Shown here piece after piece: positions 41,140 through 50,955 of a DNA stretch of 64,000 bases. The DNA comes from an uncultured bacterium. Its GTDB lineage: Bacteria > Actinomycetota > Acidimicrobiia > Spongiisociales > ZC4RG35. Where the stretch lies: positions 558,262-622,261 of the forward strand of contig CAVUYZ010000003.1 of the NCBI GenBank assembly GCA_963745865.1. The letters run 5' to 3'. Numbering within the stretch: the stretch's first letter is position 1; every line of letters begins with the position of its first letter. The notes under the pieces are model-generated. The model saw nothing but the letters and a program-made list of their open reading frames with translations. It did not search any database and was not told the origin of the DNA. The translations under genes were made by a program, and so were the position numbers.

Positions 41140-43045
41140 GCAACCAGACGAACCCGTAGGGGCCGAGGGTGTCGCGCTCGACACCGCTGGCCGCAACCGT
41201 CGTCCAACCTGTGAAGTCCAGCCCATGTGGTCGCGCCATCTCGGAGAAGTTGAAGGCCGCCCGAAGTTCCTGGCCGGCATTCCGGTGCGAGAAGGCGATG
41301 ACGGAACGGTCGGCGGTGTCGATCACGACGGGCGGATGTGCTCCCGATCCCAGGATGCTGATTCCCGTCCTCACCTCGATGAGGTGGCGGAGCCCCTGCA
41401 GGATTCGTCCCGGCGCCCCGGTGCCGTCTTCGGCATGGGCGAGCGTCGACCACGGGTAATCGGGGCGGTGCGTCCATCGGTTGTCGTGCGCCAGAGCCGG
41501 GTCGTTCAGATACCCCTCGTCGTTCAACTGTCCGACCTCGTCACCGAGGTAGAGGAGCGGTATTCCGGCGACCGTGAGGACGAAGGCGTGAAGCATCAGG
41601 ATCCGGTCGACGGCGAGGTCGACGAGGTTCGGGTTTGCGGCTTCGATCGCCTGGTCGAGTCCTGCGAGCGAGGCGAGCGTGCCGGAAATGCGAGCATCGC
41701 CGGTGCGTGGGTTCTCCTGGAACTTGAGGCCACGCGCGAACGAACCCGGGAAACCCCCGGAGTAGAAGTCGTTGAGGAAGCAGCGATGGCCGAAGGGGTC
41801 GATGCCCAACGTCATGGCGTCCTCGTCTGCGAAGCCCCAACCGATGTCGTCGTGACATCGCAGGTACGTCACCCATTGGCATCCTGCGGGAAGCGTCAGC
41901 CGATTCCTGATGCCGAGCTCGAGGAGGGACACGTCGCGGGTTGCGAGTGCCTCCCACGCCGACGACATCACCAGCGGGTTGTATCCCAGATCAGCCTCTT
42001 CGGGACGGATGTACCTGACGACGTCGTTGGGATGAACGATCGCCTCCGAGAGCATCCTGGTCGAGGGTGCCGCGATGTCCAGGGCGAGTGCGAGGATCCT
42101 GATCACAGTGTGCGTCTCGTCGAGGTTTTCCGAAGGCGTCCCCATCTGTTTCCAGAGAAACGGCGTGGCGTCGGCACGAATCACCCCAGGACCGAGATTC
42201 GCCAGGTGGAGCAGCTCGCCCGCCATTGCCGCGGTGAGGTCCGGGTTGGAGTAGTCGAGGTCCCACTGAAACGGGAAGAACGTCGTCCAGACCCAGGCCC
42301 CGCCCTCCTCTGATACGACATCGTCGCGCCAGGTGAAGGCATCACCGTCCCGATCAGGGAAGATCTCGCGAAGGGTCGACATGTATCGATCCGGCTCGAC
42401 CCGATCGGGGAACATGAGGTAGAAGTCGCGATGGCGCTCCGATCCGGCCTTTGCGGCTTTTGCCCACTCGTGCGTATCGGCGGTGTGGTTGGCCACGAAG
42501 TCGAGGACGACCGAGATCCCGCTGTCTGCGAGAGTGGCGATCGCGCGTTCCAGATCCTCGACGGTGCCCAGGTCCGGTCGCATCCTCCGATAGCTCTCCA
42601 CTGCATATCCGCCATCGTTGCGAGGCCCGGGAACCGCAAACGGAGGCATGAGATGGAGGTGGGTCACACCGAGGGACCGCAAATGGTCGATCGTCTGCGG
42701 GAGTTCAGAGAAGGTGCCGCAGAAGCGATCCACGTAGGCCATCGCCCAGACCGTCGACGAGTCGAACATCCACTGGTTCCCGTCCCGATCCCGCTTTCGC
42801 AGCCATTTGCGACGAGTCGCAGCCCCTTCGAGGCAGGTGAGAGCGAACTGCTCGAGGTAGAGGGCAAAATCCCATCGCCATCCGTAGAGACGGTGAAAAG
42901 CATCGAACAGGTCAGGACCGTTCGCCTGGAGCCGTTGGCGGATCTCCATAGCCCGTCGGCCGTCACCGAACATCTCGGTGATCCTCGGTTCAAGTCGATC
43001 CACGAACTGGCGTGCTGCGTCGAGTTTCCACTGTTCCACGGGCAC
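41120..43045 (-). CDS. Amylosucrase-like GH13 alpha-amylase family protein
   Basis: LHLMP, NDGGYAV, DFVANHT, QWDL.Y, IRADATPFLWK, SEAIVHP, YLRCHDDIGW, RISGTLASLAG. Confidence 0.9.
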   Translation of the reverse strand: MPVEQWKLDAARQFVDRLEPRITEMFGDGRRAMEIRQRLQANGPDLFDAFHRLYGWRWDFALYLEQFALTCLEGAATRRKWLRKRDRDGNQWMFDSSTVWAMAYVDRFCGTFSELPQTIDHLRSLGVTHLHLMPPFAVPGPRNDGGYAVESYRRMRPDLGTVEDLERAIATLADSGISVVLDFVANHTADTHEWAKAAKAGSERHRDFYLMFPDRVEPDRYMSTLREIFPDRDGDAFTWRDDVVSEEGGAWVWTTFFPFQWDLDYSNPDLTAAMAGELLHLANLGPGVIRADATPFLWKQMGTPSENLDETHTVIRILALALDIAAPSTRMLSEAIVHPNDVVRYIRPEEADLGYNPLVMSSAWEALATRDVSLLELGIRNRLTLPAGCQWVTYLRCHDDIGWGFADEDAMTLGIDPFGHRCFLNDFYSGGFPGSFARGLKFQENPRTGDARISGTLASLAGLDQAIEAANPNLVDLAVDRILMLHAFVLTVAGIPLLYLGDEVGQLNDEGYLNDPALAHDNRWTHRPDYPWSTLAHAEDGTGAPGRILQGLRHLIEVRTGISILGSGAHPPVVIDTADRSVIAFSHRNAGQELRAAFNFSEMARPHGLDFTGWTTVAASGVERDTLGPYGFVWLLRDPRN

Positions 43046-43243
43046 GCGACGCTAGTCGCCGGGATCGTGGCGGTCGGCGGGGGACAGGTACCCTCCCGAA
43101 ATGCCCGACAAGGTCAGGAATCGCGATCTGGCGTCCAGTGGTAGGGGATGGACCGAGCAGGGCCTCAGCGGCCGTCTCGGGGCGCTCGGCGCCCTCACTG
43201 CCGGTGCCACGGCGGCCATCGCATGAGAAATCGATCCGATCTG

Positions 43244-43750
43244 ATGTGGATCTTCGGACACGGAAGTCTGATGTTCCAGCCCGGCTTCACCTACGAGGAG
43301 GCCAGACATGGCAAGGCGCACGGCTGGGAGCGTCGGTTCGGTCAACCGTCGATCCGCAACTGGGGTCGACCAGGGAGCCCCGCCCCGACCTGCTCGCTCG
43401 TTCGCGGGTCGCACTGTGACGGGACCGCCTTCGGAATCGGTCCAGGAAAGCGGGGGAGTGTGCTCGAAGAGCTGATTCGCCGGGAAGCAGGGGATCCGGT
43501 GGTCGTCACCGTCGACGTCGGCCCGGGCGACGTCAGTGCGTACACCTGGGTGATGGGATCGGCCTGGAGCGAGCACAGCGTGGAACGTCTTGTCGACGCG
43601 GCAATGGTCAACATCGCCGCCGGCGGAGGGCCCAGCGGCGATGCATGGGACTATGTGAGCGGCGTCGAGAGCGCACTGTCCGAGCGAGGTGTCTCCGATC
43701 CGCTCGTGACCGCATACCACTCCGCTCTGAGGTCGAAACTGTCGAGGTGA
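43244..43750 (+). CDS. ChaC-like gamma-glutamylcyclotransferase
   Basis: MWIFGHGSLMF.PGF, G..GSPAPT..L, L..RE, GPSG....Y. Confidence 0.8.
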   Translation: MWIFGHGSLMFQPGFTYEEARHGKAHGWERRFGQPSIRNWGRPGSPAPTCSLVRGSHCDGTAFGIGPGKRGSVLEELIRREAGDPVVVTVDVGPGDVSAYTWVMGSAWSEHSVERLVDAAMVNIAAGGGPSGDAWDYVSGVESALSERGVSDPLVTAYHSALRSKLSR

Positions 43751-43808
43751 CGTGGCGGTGCGGAGTAGAAGTGGGCTCGGTTCGCGCCCGTCATCTAGCC
43801 TCGATGTC

Positions 43809-44207
43809 ATGGCAACCATCTTTACGCGAATCATGTATGGCGAGATACCGGGAACGTTCGTCTGGCAGGACGATCTCTGTGTCGCATTCCTGTCGATCAA
43901 CCCCTTGCAGCCTGGTCACACACTCGTCGTCCCTCGGGAAGAGGTCGATCACTGGCTCGATTGCCCGCCTGACCTCATGGGCCACCTGCTCGACGTGTCC
44001 GGAAAGGTTGGCGAGGCGATCCAGGCGGAGTGGGAGCCTGAACGAGTGGGCCTCATGATCGCCGGTCTCGAAGTGCCGCACATGCACATCCATCTCGTCC
44101 CGATCTGGGGTGTCTCGGACCTCGACTTTGCGAATGCCGCCGAGTCGGTTCCTCGCGACGACCTCGAAGATCATGCCCGCCGAATCATGGCCAGGCTCGA
44201 ACGCTGA
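43809..44207 (+). CDS. HIT family protein
   Basis: TIFTRI..GEIP, FLSINP..PGHTLVVP, EVPHMHIHLVP. Confidence 0.94.
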   Translation: MATIFTRIMYGEIPGTFVWQDDLCVAFLSINPLQPGHTLVVPREEVDHWLDCPPDLMGHLLDVSGKVGEAIQAEWEPERVGLMIAGLEVPHMHIHLVPIWGVSDLDFANAAESVPRDDLEDHARRIMARLER

Positions 44208-44208
44208 C

Positions 44209-45111
44209 TCATGTCGGCGGGAACGGACCCGCCCGGTGGTACAACCCGACGACCGATCCCGGGAGATGGCCGCCGACCCATTCGGCCGCCGCCGTGAGGC
44301 GTTCGAGGTCGATGCCTGTTTCGAACCCCATGCGGTGGAGCATGTAGATGGTGTCTTCGGTGGCGATGTTTCCTGTTGCATTCGGGGCGAATGGGCATCC
44401 ACCGAGGCCGCCGAGGCTGGCGTCGAAGCTCCTCACCCCGAGATCGACAGCAGCAGCGACGTTGGCCAGTCCGGTCCCTCTGGTGTTGTGGAAATGAGCG
44501 CCGAGAACGACCGTGTCGGGGACCGAAGACCGGATGGCTCCGAAGCGCTCGGTGACATCGGTAGGGCTGGCGACGCCGATCGTGTCGGCAAGACTCAGAC
44601 GCGCCGGGGGCTCATCGAGGCATCGCTCGACGACGTCGGCAACCCGCTTCGGGTCGACCTCTCCTTCGAACGGGCACCCAAATGCGGCTGACACGACAAG
44701 TGATGGTTCAATCCCCGCAGCTCGTGCACGCCGGGCGATCGCATGCCACAGAGCGATCCCTTCGTCGGTAGAGGTGCCTTGGTTCTCTCTGGAGAACGTG
44801 TCGGTCACGACGACCGCGTAGTTGATTTCGTCGCAGCGGGCCGCAATCGCGCGGTCGAGCCCGCGCTCGTTCAAGACCAGGCCGATGTAGGAGATGCCGT
44901 CGGAGCGGTCGACGCCGGCCATGACATCCTCGGCATCGGCCATCGCAGGAACCAACCGGGGATGGACGAACGATGTCGCTTCGAGCCTCCGGACACCGGT
45001 CCCCACCAACCGGGAGATCAATTCGAGCTTCGTTGGCGTGTCGAGGAGCCTTGATTCGTTCTGGAGGCCGTCGCGAGGGGAAACGTCGATGATCTCTACG
45101 TGTTCGGGCAT
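44209..45111 (-). CDS. Hydroxymethylglutaryl-CoA lyase
   Basis: DVSPRDGLQNE, SFVHP..VP.MAD, FGCPFEG, HFHNTRG, GGLGGCPFAPNATGNIATED. Confidence 0.94.
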   Translation of the reverse strand: MPEHVEIIDVSPRDGLQNESRLLDTPTKLELISRLVGTGVRRLEATSFVHPRLVPAMADAEDVMAGVDRSDGISYIGLVLNERGLDRAIAARCDEINYAVVVTDTFSRENQGTSTDEGIALWHAIARRARAAGIEPSLVVSAAFGCPFEGEVDPKRVADVVERCLDEPPARLSLADTIGVASPTDVTERFGAIRSSVPDTVVLGAHFHNTRGTGLANVAAAVDLGVRSFDASLGGLGGCPFAPNATGNIATEDTIYMLHRMGFETGIDLERLTAAAEWVGGHLPGSVVGLYHRAGPFPPT

Positions 45112-45200
45112 GGCAGGTCCCTGGTTGGCTCGGTTGGCGCAACGCTACCCGTGCCCGGTGCGAGGGTTGTGGCCCGGCTGGTCTGATCTATCGTGGCCGC

Positions 45201-46215
45201 ATGCGTGTATTGGTGACCGGCGGGACGGGTTTCATTGGCTCTCACACCGTCGTCGAGTTGATCATGGACGGCCACGAGGTCCTGATCATCGATGACCTGA
45301 GCAACTCGAAGGCGAGCGTGGTCGACCGGATCGGCCGGATCACCGGTCGCCAGCCCGAGTTCGTCCAGGGGGACATCAGGGACCAAGACCTGCTGAACCG
45401 GACGTTGTCGTCCGGCGGGTTCGAGGCTGCAATCCACTTTGCCGCACTCAAAGCGGTGGGCGAGTCCGTCAGGGATCCGCTCCCATACTGGAACGTGAAC
45501 GTCACGGGGTCGCTCGGATTGATCGAAGCCCTGCGACGATCACGGAGTCGAGAAGATCGTCTTCAGCTCGTCGGCCACCGTGTACGGGGAGCCTGATCAG
45601 GTACCGGTGTCCGAGGACGCCCCCATCAGGCCGCCCTCCAGTCCGTACGGATGGACCAAGTTGGTGATCGAGCGGATGCTGACCGACCTGACCGTGTCGG
45701 ATCCGGGTTGGGCGGTGACGCTGCTCCGCTACTTCAACCCGATCGGCGCACATGCCTCCGGGCTGATCGGCGAGGATCCGTCAGACGAGCCGAACAATCT
45801 GATGCCGTACATCGCCAGGGTCGCGACCGAGCAACTGCCGGTGCTGTCGGTGTTCGGAGACGACTACCAGACCCGAGACGGGACCGGCGTCCGTGACTAC
45901 ATCCATGTCGTGGACCTTGCCAGGGGACATGTTGCGGCGCTGCGTGACCTGGCGACCGGCCCAGGGCTCAGGGTGTACAACCTGGGAACGGGACGGGGCA
46001 CCTCTGTGCTCGAGCTCATCGCCGCGTTCGAGAAACATTCGGGTGTCAAGGTCCCGACCCGGGTCGTGGGTCGTCGCGAGGGCGATGTCGCCGAGCTGTG
46101 GGCCGACCCGGGGAAGGCGTTGCGGGACCTGGGATGGACCGCTGAATACGACATCGACGACATGTGCGAGGACACGTGGCGGTGGCAGCAGTTTGCGATG
46201 GGGTTGGAGGACTGA
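45201..46215 (+). CDS. galE: UDP-glucose 4-epimerase; +1 indel at about 45537
   Basis: TGGTGFIGSHT, HFAALKAVGES, FSSSATVYG, YGWTK, LRYFNPIGAH, DGTGVRDYIHV. Confidence 0.96.
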
Positions 46216-46217
46216 CC

Positions 46218-46965
46218 TCAGAGCGTGCGACTGAGCTCGTCGACCGTGGAACGAATGATCGCCTCGACCTCGTCCGCCATCGGGTCGATGTCATCCTCGG
46301 ACCGGGCGATGGGGTCGCAGAAGCGAATCTTGACGCGAGCGCCGAACGGGACGGGGAGCAGGTTGTTCTCGGCGAGCCGCCAGGAACCCGCCACAGCTGT
46401 CGGCACCACCGGGAGCTGATCTGCGGCCTTCAACATCATGGCGGTCCCGCCACGTTTGAACTCTTTGAGGGAGCCGTCGCGGGATCGGGTTCCCTCCGGG
46501 AAGATCACGACGCTCACGTTGCGATTCTGGGCGGTGGATGCCATGTCCTTGATCGCGCGAAACGATTGCGAGCGGTCGGCTCCGGTCGATCAGTGCATTC
46601 CCACCCCACCGAAGATTCAGCGAGATCGACGGGATTCCTCTCCCCAGCTCCTTCTTCGCCACGTACTTGGGGAAGTTGGTGTACAGGAATCCGCCGATGA
46701 GGACGATGTCGAGCAGGCTCTGGTGATTGGAGACGATGGCGTATCCGGTGTGGGGTTGGATCAGCGGGGACTTCTCGATCGTGATCCTGGTTCCACAGAT
46801 GCGAAACGTGTTGGCCAGATACCACTGCAGCGAAGCCATGACGTACTCGAACCCTCGAAAGCTGAACGGGCGAACGATGCGGCCGACCACGTCGAAGAAT
46901 GCAAACCCGAAACCGAACACGATGAGGAACGGGATGGTGAACAACCAGTCTCGGACCTTCTTCAT
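46218..46965 (-). CDS. 1-acyl-sn-glycerol-3-phosphate (lysophospholipid) acyltransferase; +1 indel at about 46578
   Basis: SNHQSLLD (HxxxxD), YVAKKEL, IFPEGTRSRDG, FKRGG. Confidence 0.9.
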
Positions 46966-46975
46966 GCGAGCGAGT

Positions 46976-47939
46976 CTACGCGCGGCCCTCGAAGCGCTCG
47001 AAGGTGTCTCCGATAGCTGCAGCGAGGGTCGGCCGGTGTCGCCAGAGCGCTGTTGCGTGTCCGCCACCGATCGTCCTCAGTTCGGCGCCCCAGTGTTGGG
47101 CAAGTGCCGCGCTCGCCTCAGGTGGAACGAATGCGTCGCCTTCGGCAGACACCACGATGGCCGAGCGATGATGGCTCCGGGCGGCGTATCCCAGGGCTGA
47201 TGCCGACGTGAGGACCTCCCTGAGATGTTCCGCCTGGTCACGGCCTCCGAGGGCGTCCCATTCGATCGCATGCCTGAGTACTCCGTCGAGATACACCGGC
47301 CCCGGTGAATGCGAGGCTGCCAGCGCGGTGATGGCGATCGGGTCGTCGTGTACGGCTCCGACGATTGCCGCCAGGTTTCCTCCCATCGAGAACCCCGCAA
47401 CTCCCGCGGTCTTCGACCCGTCGAGACTCGAGAGCAGCGACTTCGCCTCCTGGACAGCTCCGAACCCCATCGAGCGCGAAGTCGGCGACGGTGCGGATTG
47501 CCTGTTGCTGTACGGTCGTGATCCTCCGCCCCCCGTACAGCGGAATATCGAACATCAGCGACGAGATCCCATACTCGAAGAGGAGCGCCGCGAGCTTGCG
47601 GCGTTGCTCGAAACCATGGTCGTTCCATGCAGGGAGGAGTACAGCGACCCGGGAGCTCCCGACGGCCGGCTCAACCAACTCGACGGGGACCACTCGGGAT
47701 TCGAGCGGAAGCAGCTCGGCGATGGGTGAGGTGAACTGACCGCGAATGACACGGTGGCCCACCCGCTCTTCTTTCCTGCCCCACACAACCTCTGCGGGAG
47801 CGACCGGTTGAGTGATCGATTCAGGGTTGGCCAGCATCTCCACTGTGAGCCGATCGCCCCAGCCGTCGGGGAAGACCGCGGTCGCCGAGGGTCCGAAGCG
47901 GTAGAGGACGCCGGCCAGCGAGTCGATGATGTGTGGCAC
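46976..47939 (-). CDS. ABHD18/DUF2048-like alpha/beta hydrolase; +1 indel at about 47471
   Basis: F.DGWG, G.FTSP...LP.ES, DHGF..RR, P.YG.R, VADF..MG, GFSMGG (Ser), D.FVP, GGGH (His). Leaderless GTG start. Confidence 0.8.
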
Positions 47940-48014
47940 ACGGCCAATGTAGGGGGCTGCCGTCGATACCGCGGATCGATCGCCGAGGCGAACTGGCTGC
48001 ATGCGGCGGACGAC

Positions 48015-49283
48015 TCAGACGTCGTTGCGGATGAGATCCTCATAGCTCTCGCGCCTGACGACGAGCCGGCTGTCACCGGCTCGGGCGAAGACAACGGCAG
48101 GACGCAGGATCTTGTTGTAGTTGGAGCCCATCGAGTGGCCGTAGGCACCCGTCACCGGCGTCGCCACCAGATCACCGACCTCGAGGGGAGGCACTCGGCC
48201 CTCCCGCACCAGGAGATCGCCCGACTCGCAGTGCTTTCCGACGAGTCGGATCGGATCGGTCCGTTCGGCCCCCACAGCGGCTGGAGCGAAGGTCTCATAG
48301 CCGCTGCCGTACAACACCGGTCGAGGGTTGTCGCTCATGCCACCGTCGACGGCGACGTACGTCCGGACTCCCGGCAGATGCTTGATGGTCCCAACCGTGT
48401 AGACGGTGATCGCGGCGGATGCGACGATCGATCTTCCCGGTTCGGCCCAGATCGACGACGCAACGCTCTGTTCTCGAGCCGAGCGATGCAGGATGTCGGC
48501 CCACTCGGTGATGCTGGGAGCGTCCTCCCCTTCGACATAGGCAACACCGAGCCCGCCCCCAACAACCAGTTCAGGGAAGTCATACGGCCGGGTGAAGTCG
48601 GCGAGCACGCCAAGTGAGTCGGCGAACGACTCGACCCGGAAGACCTGCGAACCGATATGGGCGTGAACTCCGCGCACATCCAGATGCGGCGACGCCACGG
48701 CCCGGTCGATCGCCATCGCAGCCAGCCCGGACGAGACGGTGAATCCGAACTTCGAGTCGTCCTGTCCCGTGGACACATACTCGTGGGTGTGCGCCTCGAC
48801 ACCGGGAGTCACTCGGAGAAAGACCGCAGGGGGAGTCACACCCTCGCTGGCCACGAGACGCTCGATACGATCGATCTCGTCGAAGCTGTCCACGACCAGC
48901 CTGCCAACGCCGTGAGTCAGTGCCATGTGCAGCTCTCGCTCGGACTTGTTGTTGCCGTGCATGACCAGCCGCTCCGCCGGGACCCCGGCCTGCAGGGCGA
49001 CGAACATCTCGCCTCCGGTTGCGACGTCGATCCGCATGCCCTCCTCGTGAGCGAGTCGGGCCATGGCCAGACAGAGGAACGCCTTGGAGGCATACACGGC
49101 GCCATCACCGAACCCGGCAACGGCTTCTCGCGCTCGGGTCCTCAGATGGTCTTCGTCGTAGATGAAGAGTGGGGTACCGAATTCCGCAGCGAGCTCGTCG
49201 ACGCGACATCCTCCGATGGACAAAGCACCGTCGGACTCGACGTCCGACGTCAGCGGGAGGAGATGGCGGGGGAGTATCGACAC
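48015..49283 (-). CDS. lysA: Diaminopimelate decarboxylase
   Basis: YASKAF (PLP Lys), HGNNKS, SKFG, HAHIGSQ, GGGLG, EPGRSI, GKHCESGD, GAYG.SM.SNYN. Confidence 0.96.
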   Translation of the reverse strand: MSILPRHLLPLTSDVESDGALSIGGCRVDELAAEFGTPLFIYDEDHLRTRAREAVAGFGDGAVYASKAFLCLAMARLAHEEGMRIDVATGGEMFVALQAGVPAERLVMHGNNKSERELHMALTHGVGRLVVDSFDEIDRIERLVASEGVTPPAVFLRVTPGVEAHTHEYVSTGQDDSKFGFTVSSGLAAMAIDRAVASPHLDVRGVHAHIGSQVFRVESFADSLGVLADFTRPYDFPELVVGGGLGVAYVEGEDAPSITEWADILHRSAREQSVASSIWAEPGRSIVASAAITVYTVGTIKHLPGVRTYVAVDGGMSDNPRPVLYGSGYETFAPAAVGAERTDPIRLVGKHCESGDLLVREGRVPPLEVGDLVATPVTGAYGHSMGSNYNKILRPAVVFARAGDSRLVVRRESYEDLIRNDV

Positions 49284-49313
49284 GCCGTCAGCGTACCGAG
49301 AGGCGCTGCGAGG

Positions 49314-49487
49314 TCAGCTCGACCTCTCGTGCTCCCGCCACAGGAACCACCATCCGAGTCCGTGAAGTCCGATCGCAGCAGCGAGCACGGCAGCGCCCAG
49401 ATACTCGCCGATCAGCACCGCGGCCAGTGCCGCCATGGCAGCGGTGATGACGAGAGCGACGCGCACTCCGTTGAGGGGACCGAACAT
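49314..49487 (-). CDS. Small two-TM membrane protein, 57 aa
   Basis: MFGPLNGVRVALVITAAMAALAAVLIGEYLGAAVLAAAIGLHGLGWWFLWREHERSS*. TATCGT lies 7 nt upstream of the ATG. Confidence 0.6.
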   Translation of the reverse strand: MFGPLNGVRVALVITAAMAALAAVLIGEYLGAAVLAAAIGLHGLGWWFLWREHERSS

Positions 49488-49651
49488 GCTCCACACGATA
49501 CGGGGTCGGCGGCGTTTCCGAAACGGGGCGCGAGCCAACGACGTGCGCAGGAGCGCCCAGGGGCACCGATCCGAGATCGACGGTCATGCGAGGCTCGAGC
49601 GCGCCGGTTGGCCGATGACCACCTGCGGGTGACGGCCCATAGAATCTCGGG

Positions 49652-50896
49652 ATGTCAAACACCACCGCCGTTCGACCGCGTCGGTTTCCGGGTTGGCGGA
49701 TACTCGGACTGGCGATCATCACAGCCTCTCTGACCGCTCCCGGTCAGACGATCGGCGTGTCCGTGTTCGTCGATCACTTCATCACCGACCTGGACCTGAG
49801 CCGGTCGGCAGTGTCCACGGCGTATCTGATCGGAACTCTGAGCGCGGCGACATTTCTGCCCTGGATCGGCCGGCGAGTCGACGCTATCGGCGTCCGTCGG
49901 GCGATGACGCTGATCGGAGTCGCCTTCTCCATTGCACTGGTGCTGATGTCGCAGGTCTCGGGGTTCGTCACGCTCGCAGCGGGCTTTGTCTTGATCCGGA
50001 TGCTTGGCCAGGGCTCTCTGACGCTCTCGTCCACCGTGGCAGTGACGCTCTGGTTCCAGCGGCGGAGGGGGCTGGTGCTCGGTCTGCTGGCGACCGGAAC
50101 CGGGATGTTGATGAGCCTGGTCCCGGTCGGTTCGAATGCGATCATCTCGTCGATCGGTTGGCGTGCGACATGGCTCGTCCTGGGGGCGATCATCGCCGTG
50201 ACGGTCGTGCCGATCGGCTGGTTCGGCATGATCGACCGTCCCTCCGATCTGGGGTTGGAGCCCGATGGCGATGCGCCGCCCTCCTCGGGAACCGCTCCTG
50301 TCGTCGCGAGGTCGTTCTTGCGCTCGGAGGCAGTCCGCACCGGCCGGTTCTGGATCCTGGTATCCGCGTCCGCCTCGGTGGGGATGCTCAGCACAGCGTT
50401 GAACTTCCATCAGATCTCGTTGCTGGGAGACGCAGGACTCACCACGACCGAGGCCGCGGTGATGTTCCTTCCCCAATTCGTCGGGACGGCGCTATCAGGC
50501 GTTGCGTTCGGATGGTTGAGTGACCGCCTCTCCGGGCGAACGCTGATCCCGCTCTCCATGGCGCTGCTGGCGACCACGCTCGCATTTGCGGGCGTCCTGA
50601 CAGCCGGCCCGATCGTCGTCGTGTACGCCCTGATGCTCGGAGCGACCGGCGGAGCGTCACGGAGTATCGGGGCCACGCTGATGCCGAGGTGGTTCGGCAC
50701 CGACCACATCGGGGCGATCACCGGATTGTCGACGCTGGTCGGCGTCGCGTCGACGGCAGTCGGCCCCGTCGCGTACTCGGTAGCGAAAGATCTCACGGGG
50801 GAGTACACGACCGCTTCCCTGGTGTTCGTGGTGATCCCGGTGACGGTTGCCATCGCCGCTGTTGTGGCCGGCGTCGGGCGAATGACGACGCACTGA
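49652..50896 (+). CDS. MFS transporter
   Basis: About 12 hydrophobic helices; GRRVDAIGVR and GWLSDRLSGR loop motifs. Confidence 0.92.
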   Translation: MSNTTAVRPRRFPGWRILGLAIITASLTAPGQTIGVSVFVDHFITDLDLSRSAVSTAYLIGTLSAATFLPWIGRRVDAIGVRRAMTLIGVAFSIALVLMSQVSGFVTLAAGFVLIRMLGQGSLTLSSTVAVTLWFQRRRGLVLGLLATGTGMLMSLVPVGSNAIISSIGWRATWLVLGAIIAVTVVPIGWFGMIDRPSDLGLEPDGDAPPSSGTAPVVARSFLRSEAVRTGRFWILVSASASVGMLSTALNFHQISLLGDAGLTTTEAAVMFLPQFVGTALSGVAFGWLSDRLSGRTLIPLSMALLATTLAFAGVLTAGPIVVVYALMLGATGGASRSIGATLMPRWFGTDHIGAITGLSTLVGVASTAVGPVAYSVAKDLTGEYTTASLVFVVIPVTVAIAAVVAGVGRMTTH

Positions 50897-50955
50897 CTCC
50901 TATCGGGATCATGCTGCAATCGAGGATCGAGACACCCCGGTCGTAGAGTTGCGGG

